From: Bacteroidia bacterium
GTDB lineage: Bacteria; Bacteroidota; Bacteroidia; M30B66
Direction: 5' to 3'
DNA: 64,000 nt
Assembly: GCA_965279035.1 (NCBI GenBank)
Contig: OZ257142.1
Coordinates: 1,088,001-1,152,000 of the forward strand
The position numbers and the translations under genes were made by a program. A model generated the notes under the pieces. The model saw only the letters and a list, made by a program, of their open reading frames with translations, was not told where the DNA came from and ran no database searches. Shown here one piece after another: positions 29,469-40,844 of this stretch (position 1 is its first letter; each line of letters opens with the position of its first letter).

Positions 29469-29666
29469 CCTCGGACTGAAGTCCGAGGCTACAGGTCACA
29501 CATGCTATATTCGTTAGACCTACACTCAAGCACATTGCTAATCTCAAACTACCGCACCCTCGGACTGAAGTCCGAGGCTACCGTTCACAAATATTAGATT
29601 CGTTATACCTACACTCAAGCACAATGCTAATCTCTTACAACCGCACCCTCGGACTTCAGTCCGAGG
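29469..29666. repeat. Three 20-bp palindromes at an exact 89-bp period
   Basis: CCTCGGAC-N4-GTCCGAGG at 29469, 29558 and 29647; the two spacers are similar to each other. Confidence 0.9.
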
Positions 29667-29959
29667 CATTTAATCTCATATGCTAGATTTTGCAATTAGA
29701 TACATAGCAAAAAGCAGCATGGTATCTCAATTATGTGATTGAAATAGTGATGAAGTTCTAACTTAAAAAGATAGAATGTTAAAATAATGTAAAGCATTTC
29801 GAATTAACATATCTACATAGTACGGTATTACTACGAAATGATATTATATTAATTTCCCAAATGTTAAATTTTCTTATCGGACGGGAATTTTAATCTCATT
29901 GACTTGCTTTTACGAAAATTGTTGGTTTATTTAGTTTAACTATTTTAAAATATCGCCAC

Positions 29960-30399
29960 ATGAATAAAGTATCTATTCTTTATCTCTTCGCCTGTTTATC
30001 CGCATTCACACTTGCTGCACAACCGAATTCAATCTCTAGAATACAGGTGAAGACTCCCTTGATGACTACAGATACAGCCACTGTCTCTTCCTCGTTTGGT
30101 GGCGATTCGTTGATTGTTAACGAAACCAAGACATTGGCTTTCGAAGTGGCCGATACATCCAATATTACTACAATTCAAATTAGACTAGGAAGCACAATCA
30201 ATGGTTCCGATTTTTATGATCAGACTTTTCTTTTAATAGTCTAAGTTCCATCTCTTCTGAAGTATGGTTTAAGCGAAAAGGAATCATTTGCTCTGCCGGA
30301 ATTGGTAATTGGGTAAACCGACGAGATTGCTTTTTAAGTATCGATGCAAAAAATGCTGCGGGAACAACTGTAGCTCATTATTCAGGCAAAGCATATTGA
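29960..30399 (+). pseudogene. Small secreted protein interrupted by a 1-bp frameshift near 30226-30234
   Basis: The signal-peptide ORF stops at 30244; the -1 frame continues FNSLSSISSEVWFKRKG...HYSGKAY to TGA at 30399. A sequencing error is possible. Confidence 0.65.
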
Positions 30400-30434
30400 A
30401 AATTCCATATCCATTATTTCAAAAAAATTATCCC

Positions 30435-33400
30435 ATGAAAAATTGTCTACTCCTTCTATTTGCTTTTATTATTAGCCAATGTGCTTTTGCATCGACAAGA
30501 ACATGGACTGGTTCAGTTAGCACAAATTGGAATACGGCCGCTAATTGGAGCCCTTCATCACCCAGTTGGGCAGATACGATTTATATTCATTCCTCTAGCA
30601 ATAAACCAGTTTTATCAGAAAATACTAATTGTTATACCATTATACTAACGAGTGGTGCTGAACTGGATTTAGGAGGATATCTTTTGACAATCAATGGCAG
30701 ATTTGCAATGAATGAAGCAAGCATTAAAAATGGGGATCTTCAATTTTATGGATCATTTACTAATCATCCTATCCAATTAACGAATGCACAATTGGATGTC
30801 ACATTTTTAGCATCCATGGGTCTTCAACTATTTCACATTGTGTTTTTAAAAAAGCCAGCTCAATAGCCGTTAGTAGTAGTTCGTCAAGTTATTTTGGAGG
30901 AAACACATTTGAAAAATCATTAAAGATTTCAAATGAAGGTGCTGCCGATTTGTTTTTTGGATATGATGCACCCGATACCTTTCAAGATAGTTTACAAATT
31001 ATATCTTATGAAAGTATTTATGCCGTCAATCCTGGAATTTTTCACTTTGCTTATAACTCTGTTAACACACAAATCAATGGATTTTGCAGAATCGATATGA
31101 AATCGAATTCATCCATCTATTTCTGCGATGGCGCTGATTCGGCTTCGGTCAATTTTTATGCTCCTGTTTTGATTGGGAACGATGGAGCGAATGCTCTTGA
31201 GTTTTCACGAAATGCTCATTTTCATTCTGGAGCCCCAATAAGTCTTTCTGAAACCGGTTGGTTTGTTGGTGAATTAAGGTTTCGTGGAGTTATGCTAGAT
31301 GATTCCTTATCTATCCAAATGGATGATAATGAAAAAGGTAATTCCCTCTATATTGATCAAGGTAGTATATTTAACTCTAAAGTAAATTGCTCAGCTCAAT
31401 CCATTTACATAGGCAATTCAACATTCAATGATTCAACCAGTTTTGTTAAAATTGGACCGGAATCAAATCAGCCGCGCTTTGGACCAATTATAACAAACGC
31501 TCCTTTTTCGTTAACCAATTCTGGCACAGGTTCCTTTTTAACTGCATTAGACGATTCTTGCTCATTTCGTTCCGATCTCAGCTTGATTAATACCGACGAA
31601 GGCTCCATCGATATTGCAAGCAATGGATTACTCTTAATTGGAGGAAATTTAAATATTAGCACTTCTGCTGGACGAGTTGCCTTAGGAGAATATTCAACCG
31701 ATACCAATATCGTTCAAGGAAATATTGATTTGAATTGTACTGGTGGTTTGGTAGTATTGGGGATGATTAAACAAGGTAGTAGTGGAACAATCAACACGAC
31801 TTCATTTGCAAATTCCGAATTGGATCTCTTGGGTTTTCGATCAACCAACACGGATAGTTTAATTTTTACAGGAACCGATAATTCGCGCCTTGTATTGAAT
31901 CAATGCCAAATTCAAGGACCACTTAACGTTGAACTTCCATCCATAGTAACCAATGGAGGTATTTATCACGGAAATACATTATTTCACAAAACGGGAAGTG
32001 ATTATGACCAAGGTGGTGGAAGTATGGTTTTCCATGGAAAGGCTCATTTTAAAACTAGTTCGGATGGGTATTTCCTTTTAAATTACGATGCTTCTAGCAA
32101 TCAATTTTGGGATGATTTAATCATCGAATGTACTGGCGATGGAAAAGTAATGACTGCTGGTGATGGTAGTTCTGATATTTACAAAAACCTTGAATTCAGA
32201 GGCAGTACATCTCCCGATTTAAATCAAGGGAGCGCTATGCGTTTTGTTGGAGAGGATGACCAACACATTGAATCCAATGGCTCCTTTAATGATTTTTCAA
32301 TGGCTACTTTACACGTTGAAAAGCCCAATGGGAAACTAATTATCGATGTTCCACTTCATATACAAACAGAGCTTAATCTAACAAATGGTATTATTCAATT
32401 AAGTGATACCAATTCACTCTTTCTAGAATATTCAGCCATCGCATCTCAAGGCAGTGATTCTTCCTATGTAGAAGGAGCTATCAGTAAAATGGGAATCACC
32501 GAATTTACATTTCCTACTGGTGGTGGTGGGCAGTATGCACCAATAAGTATCGATTCAGTTTCAAACAGCACAACTTTTAAAGCTTCCTACATAGGAACTG
32601 ACCCTAACAGTATCTATTCAAGATCAAGCAAGGATTCAACATTAGGTTTTGTAAATCGTTGTGGTTATTGGAAACTCGAGCGTACAATAGGAACAGGAAC
32701 AAGCAAAGCCAAATTGGGTTGGAGTAATAATTCCTGTTATAATTCTAATCCAGTTGATGGTAAAGTTGCATTATGGGATGGTAGTCAGTGGAAAGACAAA
32801 GGCAATGGCGCATATTCAGGTAATAGCACATCTGGAAATGTTCAATCAAGCAATAGCCTTACAAGCTTTCCTGCGATTTTGAATGTAACAGGAGTGTGTG
32901 GATTAACGGCAGGTTTAAGTGCCAACAGAGACACGCTCTATTCAGGATATCTTGCGACTTTCACTGCAACACCTGCTAATCAAAGCAATTATAAGTTCTA
33001 TGTCAATAATGTCTTAAAACAAGACAGCTCTATTGCACAATTTAAAACACATTCAATGGTCAATGGAGATAGTGTGAAAGTAAAAGTGAGGAATGTGGAT
33101 GTATGCGAGGATGAATTTATCTATCATCCTTTTATTTCTACAAATGATTCTTCTGAAATAGGCGGAATATTTAATATGATTGATGATTCAGTAGAAGTAT
33201 TTTCAATGAATCAAATTTCTATTACAAACTCTGATTCTGTTTATAATTTTGCTTCATCCCTTTATCCTGATGATAATTATTCTTCATTAATTCAAATAGG
33301 AGAATTAGACAGCGGTTCAACTGCACTTACTTCGCAACAAATTATAATTCAAACTATTCTCAATTCGGTTGAACTACTTAATGGGATTCCCCAAATCTCA

Positions 33401-36400
33401 AATGAAGACACTGTTGAATTACAATCAGGTTTGAACTATTTAGTTTCCGAGTCAAATCGTATTTCAAATCTGAAATTAAATGATACTACTGGATTCAATT
33501 TCATCATTTATTCTGATAAATCCATCCATATTGATTCAATCTTTAATATTCAATCGAGTAATCCCTATAAATTAATGATTGTAGGAGCTGACTCTGTTAT
33601 AGTAGAAGGAAGTATTCGAGATGAAATAAGTATAGTAGCTCATAATATTGTACTAAAAAACCAAACTCGATCCTCTAGAATTGAATCGAAATTATTTGCT
33701 AATTCCAATATAATTTTATCCAATATCAATCCACTAGTTATTGAACCCCCAATAGCGAAAATTATTCACGGAAATACCTGCCCTGATTATGGGGATTTCT
33801 GTCAAAAAATCAAAAATGGGGAACGCTTCGATGTATTACCTAGTCCAACTGGTTTTTATAATCCAAGTACATTAATGGATAATAATCGAGTATGTTATTG
33901 GGAATCATTTTCAATTGATCCAGGATTAATTGGACCTATTTTCAATAATTCAAATAATTCGGTAGCTATGTGGTGCAATAATAAAGGTCAAGGTGAAGCC
34001 ATGAATACTACTGGATATAATCTTGAAGTAAATGTAAATGAAGATGTTAGAATTTCGTTCGATTACAGATTACTGACAAATATTCCTCATTCAACAAACA
34101 ATCTTGATAGATTGTTTGTCATTTTATCTTCTAATAATAACCCTATTTCAATTGCAGGTCAATTTAATTATTATGGAATAGATTATAACACATTACCTTT
34201 TGAAAGCAATGCATATACAACAACAATAGATGTTGCAAATAATTTAACTTATGTAACAAATGGAACTGATGATTATGTAATAATTGAGTTGAGTGATTTA
34301 GATATCATTAGTACCCAAAATGAATTAACAAATATTTCAAACTTCACTATGCATCATTTTAATCGAGTATTTAGAATACCTCTTAGTGCAGGTTTTTCAA
34401 ATTCTCAATTTACATCGTTGATAATTGCGCCAAGGATGAGATATTTACCTTTCAATAATGCGGGAGATGCAGATGATGCCGCATACCTAAATATAGATAA
34501 CATCGAAGTTTTTACTTGTTGTGCTTCGCAATTGTCTGTTGAATCAACAATTACAACTGTTTCCGATTTTAGTGATAATCAAATTGCATTAAATAATAAT
34601 ACATATTTCAATGGAAGTACAATTAATACTGGATATGTAGATCAAACTAATCCAGGTCCACATTTATTGATTAATCAGGATATAATTGTTGATCAAAATT
34701 TAAGCATTACTGATGCAAATATTATCTTAAGTGATCAATCTTCAATAACTGTAAAAAATGGAGCAACATTAAATATATCAAATTCTTGGTTACATGGTTG
34801 TAAATTACTATGGGAGAGTATTAAAGTAGAAGATGGTGCAAGACTAATAGTTCAAAGGCAATCACTAATTGAAGATGCAGAATGTGCCGCAATGACTTTT
34901 GATAACGTAAACATACCATCACAAGGTTCATTATATATTTACGATTCAAAGTTCAACAAAAACTACAAGCATATATTAATTAGGGGTAACTCAAATCTTT
35001 CAAATAATACAAATTATCCATTTGAATTGCATAATTCCACATTATCTTGTTCAGGAAATCTTTTACCAATTAATGTTAATGACTTTGATAATAATTTTCA
35101 AATAAATTACCCTAGAACACGTTATGGAATAGAAGTAAATAATATAGCGAATAGAAGAGTATTGATAGGTGATTATATTACAAGTTCAAATATGAATTAC
35201 ATACAAGATGCTTATGTAGGTATAAGAGTTAGTAATTCTAATGTATTTATTACAAATAATAAATTTTCTAATACACATTGTTCATATGCTCCTGGGTTAG
35301 GATGTGCTGCGAATGGTTCATTTAATGATGTGACTTCCGCAATTCAAATATTGAATAGTTTTGATTTATTTCATCCTAATTGTGTAATTGGAGTAAACTC
35401 AAACTCAGGACAAGGAATCTTAAATACTTTTTATGATCATGATAATGGCATTGTAGGTGTAGGTCATTTTTTATTTTTGGGTATTGCAAAAAATTATTTT
35501 GAAGGTATTTATAGGTCTGGTTTTATTGGATTTCATCATAATTCAAGTAGGGTAATTATTTCAGAAAATGAGTTTAAAAAAGTATTCCGCTTAGGAATTG
35601 GATTTCGTGAAAATTATGGTTCCTCAATTTTTATCAGAAATAATATAGTTGACAATACAAATCTTTCAGTAGATCCATTTCCAGCATTTGGAATAACTGC
35701 TGATAATGGCAATACTACAAATTTATCAAGTTGGCTAATTGAAAGTAATGAAATTAAGAACTTTCGTTTTGGAATTCAATTAACAAACATTGGTGCATAT
35801 CCAGGAATACAGGGGAATCCAGCATTAGGTTTTCAAGGAACCTGGTTAAACATAATTCAGAGTAACCGAATTAGTTTAAGAAATGGACCACTTACAAATT
35901 CTGAATCAAGGGGGATTACTTTGAATAATGTTATTCGATCATTAATTTTTGATAATACAGTATTCTATTTAGGCTCACAAAATGGACTTTCTTTTCAAAC
36001 AACAGGTTATAATGTTTTAAATTGTCCAAGCGGTTTATGGAGTTGTAATACGGCAGAATCCACTAATATTGGATTTGACTTTAGGGCAATTAATGGAAGT
36101 AATCGCTTTCAAGGAAATAGAATGGATCATTTGATATTCGGACTAAGGCTTTTTAACTCTACTTCAGGAATTGGACCTCAAGAAAATACAGGTGGGGTTT
36201 CTAGGCCTGTTTTAAATTCGTGGGTGCCTTTTTCAGGAACATCAACATTTAGTAGCCATCTGTATTCCTTCCAATCAAATGGCAGTTCATCTCCTTTTAG
36301 ATTATATCCGGGAAATGCTTGTCCAACTCTAATTGCCTCGCCTTATAATCCATCTAATTTCATCTCTAATATTGACGTTCCTCCTTCAATATCAATTCCA

Positions 36401-37438
36401 TTTATTACTAATTGCCCTGTTGCAGATCCCATTACAACTGGAGGAATTGAATTAAAATGTTGGACCCATAATAATTTCTCGACCCCAGGAATAACAGTAG
36501 ATATTGTGGAATCGATAGAACCTACTATTAAATACAGGAATAAAATAAATTTACTAATTAGTCCAGATACATCTAATCCTTATGCATCAGTTGAGAAAAG
36601 AATGATCGCTAGAGAATTATTTACCGAATTGCTTTTCGATTCAATCACAACGTTAAGTGATACCTTAGTTTCGTTTATTGATTCTATGTCGATAGTTCCT
36701 GATGGAATTTTTGAATTGCTTAAAACAAGCTTATTAGACACTATAAATATAGATAGCTTGTCTTCAGATTCTTTGATTTTAGAAAAAATGATAAACAAAT
36801 CAAATAAGCTGAACAATGCTTTAATAGTAAACAACGCGATTAGCAGCTCAGACCCACTCATATATCGTGAAAAATACTTGAATTCCATTATTTGGGGATT
36901 AGACTTGCAACAAACTAATATTAGAATCGATTTAATAAATGAAATGGATTCAACAATTAATATGGATAGTTTAATTCAATTTTACCAATCAGATCCTAGA
37001 AAAAACCCTAAATTTTCTTCAATTCAAAAAGATAGTATTTTAACTATGGCTAATGATTGTCCATTTGAATGGGGGAATGTGGTTATTCGTGCTAGAGGGG
37101 CTGCATCTAGTTTTGATACATCGATTTTTTATATAAATCCATGTGAAATATATTTTGAAGAATCGGCACGCTTAGCTGCACCTCAAAAGAATAAAATAGA
37201 AGCACAAATAAGTGTTTATCCTAATCCATTTAAAGAACAAGTAACCGTTCAGTTACCTCATGAAATGAATGCTCAAATAAGCATTTATGATATAACAGGT
37301 CGTTTATTTCAATCGATTACGATAAATAAACAACAACAAATCAGTATACCAACAACTAATTTAAAACAAGGTGTTTATTTTATTGAAGTGCTTCAAGATT
37401 CGAATCAAATTTATAGACAAAAAATGGTGAAATCATGA
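30435..37438 (+). pseudogene. Giant T9SS-secreted beta-helix/adhesin-like protein (about 2334 aa if repaired), split by a 1-bp frameshift, probably at the T5 run 30804-30808
   Basis: ATG 30435 gives a signal peptide plus TWTGSVSTNWNTAANW. The -1 frame SIHGSSTISHCVFKK... runs without a stop into ORF 30950..37438, which ends VYPNPF...GVYFI...KMVKS. Confidence 0.75.
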
Positions 37439-38466
37439 GAAATAAAGTCTTTTTCTGGCTAATATTATTGTATAATCCATGTATTTCACAACAAAATCTT
37501 GTGCCAAATGGTTCTTTTGAAATTTTAACAAGTTGCCCTAACGATGATTCATTATCAACATCTCAAATTGAACTTGCTCAACCTTGGTGGAATGCTTGTA
37601 AATTAAATAATCCCAATACACCAGATGTTTTTAATCCTTGTAATTCAGGAATTTATAAAGTTCCAAATAACTTTAAAGGATTTGAAGAAGCATATTCTGG
37701 TGATGGTTATGCTGGGTTTGGAGCTTGGTCGGGCTTAAATGGTTGGACAGAACATTTTGAAGTGAAATTAACTAATACAATTAAAGCAAATGCTCAATAT
37801 AGATTTTGCTTTCACTTGAGTTTAGCAGATTATGCTGGCGCTTATGGTTTAAGAAAATTAAGATTTTCGCTTACCTTGGATTCATTAATTGGAATTGATT
37901 CAGCATTCTTTAATCCCTTGATTAATCCATTCCCTAGTATAAATGTTCTTGATTTATATGAAACATCTAGTACAACCGAAGTTAGTTATGATAATTGGGT
38001 TGAAGTTTGTACTGATTTCACATTAAATCAAAATGCGAATTACCTAACAATTGGCACCTTTATTCAGACTAGTTTAAATACCGATACTTTTTTAATAAAT
38101 AATGAAGAACCTTGGGCTTTAAGTAATTATTACTTTATAGACGATGTATCCTTAATTTGCATAACCCCCTCGGGTTGTGATGGTGTGGGAGTTGAAGAAG
38201 TAGAGCAACAATTGATACTTCAAATTTCCCCAAATCCATCAAACAATTTAATCACACTAAAAAGTCCTTTAATAAAATCTGGTGCGAATTTATTTTTAAG
38301 AGATCTTTCAGGTAGATTAATTCGCCAATTAAAAATTCAGGAGTTAAATCAATATGAATTAAGTACTCATGATTTAGCTGATGGGATTTACCTTGTTCAA
38401 ATTATTGGAGAAGATGGTAGGCAGGTTAGGGATAGGTTTGTGGTGCAGCATGATGGTATTAAGTAG
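37435..38466 (+). CDS. T9SS-secreted protein with an NLVPNGSFE carbohydrate-binding-like domain
   Basis: QNLVPNGSFE, TPD, YYFIDDVSL; ISPNPS...GIYLV sorting domain; ATGA overlap with the upstream gene. Confidence 0.85.
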   Translation: MRNKVFFWLILLYNPCISQQNLVPNGSFEILTSCPNDDSLSTSQIELAQPWWNACKLNNPNTPDVFNPCNSGIYKVPNNFKGFEEAYSGDGYAGFGAWSGLNGWTEHFEVKLTNTIKANAQYRFCFHLSLADYAGAYGLRKLRFSLTLDSLIGIDSAFFNPLINPFPSINVLDLYETSSTTEVSYDNWVEVCTDFTLNQNANYLTIGTFIQTSLNTDTFLINNEEPWALSNYYFIDDVSLICITPSGCDGVGVEEVEQQLILQISPNPSNNLITLKSPLIKSGANLFLRDLSGRLIRQLKIQELNQYELSTHDLADGIYLVQIIGEDGRQVRDRFVVQHDGIK

Positions 38467-38596
38467 TTAGTATTAAGTATTATGATTTTAAATGTCCTTG
38501 CCTAAAATAGGTTGACTTTTTATTATCACTTTCTACTTTGTTAAAGTAGTTTATTGTTTGTTGTTTTAAGTTTCTTTTTTGGTTCTTTTTTCTTTG

Positions 38597-39463
38597 TTAA
38601 GAAGTTGTATTTCTGTTGATATTTCCTGAATTCCAGTTATATATGGTCATAGAAGGATTTTGATTTCTTTGGTTATTCACTTTTTCATATTCAGTAGGTG
38701 TTAGCATGCCTAATTCACTGTGTGGTCGTTCATTATTGTAAAGATCCATTGCCTTTTTTGCCATCTCATTGAGATTGCTTTTGGTTAGATTCCATTGAAG
38801 TAAGTACTCGTTTTTTATGATGCCATTTATTCGTTCAACATAAGCATTTTCTTGTGCTATTGACGCCATACTGATTCGTATTCCTTTGCTTTTTAGCATC
38901 TCTTTATGCATCGTGCTGATGTATTGTGAACCTCGATCAGAATGAAAAATGCAATTATCTAAATCGTGCCCTTTCCTTATTTTAAAGGCTTTTCTAAGTG
39001 CTTTGATATTTTCCTCCGCTCTTAAGCTTGGAGACAGATGTAGAGCTAATAAGCGCCTTGAATAGACATCTTCAATACAGATTCCATAATGATGTGCATG
39101 CTCTACATCGAGATAAAATATGTCAGATTGCCAAAGCATATTCACATCATTAATCGTTATTCCATTTATCAGATTGTCATATATCTCAACGCGTTGAGAC
39201 CAAGTCGTTCGTATTGGATTTCTCTTCTTCTTAACCTTATATCCGTACCTAAAACCAATCCGCTCAAAAGCATCCCTACCTATTGGATGGCGTTGTGGAT
39301 CCATAAAATAGATCTTTCTACAACCCATTTGGCGATGATTATGACGCACTTTTGATATGTAACGAACGATACTTTCTTCCACCTTTAATTGGTCGCGACT
39401 TCGTCTTTCACTCTTCCAAAGTGCTTGCTTACTAAGGCCTGCCACTTCTAACAGACTCTTCAT
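38597..39463 (-). CDS. IS3 OrfB transposase
   Basis: Identical translation to 2510..3376. Confidence 0.95.
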   Translation of the reverse strand: MKSLLEVAGLSKQALWKSERRSRDQLKVEESIVRYISKVRHNHRQMGCRKIYFMDPQRHPIGRDAFERIGFRYGYKVKKKRNPIRTTWSQRVEIYDNLINGITINDVNMLWQSDIFYLDVEHAHHYGICIEDVYSRRLLALHLSPSLRAEENIKALRKAFKIRKGHDLDNCIFHSDRGSQYISTMHKEMLKSKGIRISMASIAQENAYVERINGIIKNEYLLQWNLTKSNLNEMAKKAMDLYNNERPHSELGMLTPTEYEKVNNQRNQNPSMTIYNWNSGNINRNTTS

Positions 39464-39882
39464 TTTGTACCCGTGCTTTTGTCCTTTTGTGGATCGGAAC
39501 CAGAGTAAGGCTGGTTTAATAAATTTTTTTTTAAATCAGTTTGGAACTCCTCATTTGCTAACTCAATGACCTTGCTCAATAAATCAAGTTCCATCTGTTT
39601 TCGGCCCAATGCGGCTTCCAATTCACGGATGCGCTGCTCAAGCTCTTTGCTTTTGTATGATTCGCTTTGCACTTCCACTACTAAGATTTTTCCTCTCTTC
39701 AAATATCGACTATATTGATAAATCCATCGATAAACTGAAGTTATTGTTACTCCTAGTTCCTGGGCTACTTTAGATACTGAAGCCACTCCGGATTCAATAT
39801 CCTTAACTGTTTGACGCTTTAATTCTTCACTAAAAACTCTTCGTGGCCGAATTACTTCTTTGCGATTTAAATGCTTTTTCAT
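39460..39882 (-). CDS. IS3 OrfA
   Basis: Identical translation to 3373..3795. Confidence 0.92.
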   Translation of the reverse strand: MKKHLNRKEVIRPRRVFSEELKRQTVKDIESGVASVSKVAQELGVTITSVYRWIYQYSRYLKRGKILVVEVQSESYKSKELEQRIRELEAALGRKQMELDLLSKVIELANEEFQTDLKKNLLNQPYSGSDPQKDKSTGTK

Positions 39883-39982
39883 GTCCCGTTTTTTAAGTTG
39901 ATTTTGGTCAACCTATTTCAGTCACGGACAAAAGATAATGTTCAGATTTAGCACATCGTAATACTTCGTACTTGTTACTTAA

Positions 39983-40040
39983 TTCGATTTACGATCGTCC
40001 CATAGGGACTGTTCGATATACGATGTACGAGAAAAGCTGC
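39983..40040 (+). repeat. Partial copy (E3) of the dispersed element, head only
   Basis: TTCGATTTACGATCG...TTCGATATACGATGTACGAGAAAAGCTGC; lacks the GC hairpin. Confidence 0.65.
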
Positions 40041-40128
40041 TGTGCTAAAGAATTCTACTACGAGAGCTAAATTTATAAACGAATGCTTGTCCTACATAAG
40101 ATTTCGTAATTCTCTTACCTCCAACTCT

Positions 40129-40260
40129 TGTTTCACTCAAAACGGTTTCAATTATTTTGAAACAGCTGCAATTGAAACAAAAAATGTTTCACTTAAATTG
40201 TTTCATGAAATTTGAAACATTAGGAGTTGAAACAACTAAAATGATTGCTACATTGTTTCA
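40129..40260. promoter_or_regulatory. Phased array of TGAAACA/TGTTTCA heptamers, putative operator or recombination site
   Basis: Copies at 40129, 40144 (GGTTTCA), 40158, 40173, 40185, 40199, 40213, 40228 and 40254. Confidence 0.6.
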
Positions 40261-40274
40261 ATATTCTCGACGTC

Positions 40275-40844
40275 ATGAAATTGAAACAAGAAAACATCGA
40301 AGCTTTTATGGAATTAGAGGCTCGCAAAGCTCTTGGAATTTCTCAAGATTTATTGGCAAGTATGTTAAATGTAAATCGCGCACAAATTTCCATGATGGAA
40401 TCGCGACAAGAACGTTCATTACCATCAAAAGCCAATGTCCTTCTATTACCTATAAGAGAAAACGTAATGAAATGTTTGCTCCAGATGCAAGCAGCAAAAG
40501 AGAAAACCATTCAACTTGAATTAGATTTCCAAGAAGCATTGAAAAAGCAATTAAGTAAAGCAGAAAATGATTTAAATAATATCAACTTCAAATTACCCCA
40601 TTTAGAAGAAAAAATGGATTTTTATGCAACACAATATCAGCTCATCAAAACCTATATAGCCAATATGGATGTGAAGAAAGATCCAATCCTTTTTTCAGCA
40701 CTAGGAGATTCTCTAACTGAAGCGAAAGAACAAGTAGAAAAATTAAGCTATCAATTAAATGTTAAATTAAAATTCAAAAAAAACCAATTAGAATTAGGCA
40801 TTGCATGGATGAAAGAACAGTTAAATCAACTAGCTAAAACTTAA
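40275..40844 (+). CDS. XRE-family HTH protein with a long coiled-coil C-terminus
   Basis: ARKALGISQDLLASMLNVNRAQISMMES HTH followed by heptad-rich helices; start uncertain. Confidence 0.8.
   Translation: MKLKQENIEAFMELEARKALGISQDLLASMLNVNRAQISMMESRQERSLPSKANVLLLPIRENVMKCLLQMQAAKEKTIQLELDFQEALKKQLSKAENDLNNINFKLPHLEEKMDFYATQYQLIKTYIANMDVKKDPILFSALGDSLTEAKEQVEKLSYQLNVKLKFKKNQLELGIAWMKEQLNQLAKT

Larger units (their letters stand above)
38493..39930 (-). mobile_element. IS3-family insertion sequence, copy 2 (1438 bp)
   Basis: Same IRs and identical ORF translations to copy 1; 3-bp target duplication AAA. Confidence 0.95.

Noticed and set aside
29469-29666. CRISPR array
   Set aside because: Only three 20-bp repeats, the 69-bp spacers are near-copies of each other, and there are no cas genes in the window.
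29814-29840. TACG-containing motif upstream of the giant-gene operon as a regulator site
   Set aside because: Too short and degenerate to support without comparative data.
30309-30866. Independent 185-aa gene
   Set aside because: From ATG 30435 it is the signal-peptide-bearing N-terminus of the frameshifted giant gene.
30950-38466. Classical toxin-immunity pair or diversity-generating retroelement target
   Set aside because: No recognisable toxin domain, both genes end in T9SS sorting domains, and no reverse transcriptase or TR/VR repeat pair was seen.
2406-39930. Composite transposon between the two IS3 copies
   Set aside because: Each copy has its own target duplication (ACT and AAA), and the interval holds core housekeeping genes.
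40157-40519. 120-aa ORF overlapping the XRE gene
   Set aside because: It is an alternative frame over the motif array with no recognisable protein features.
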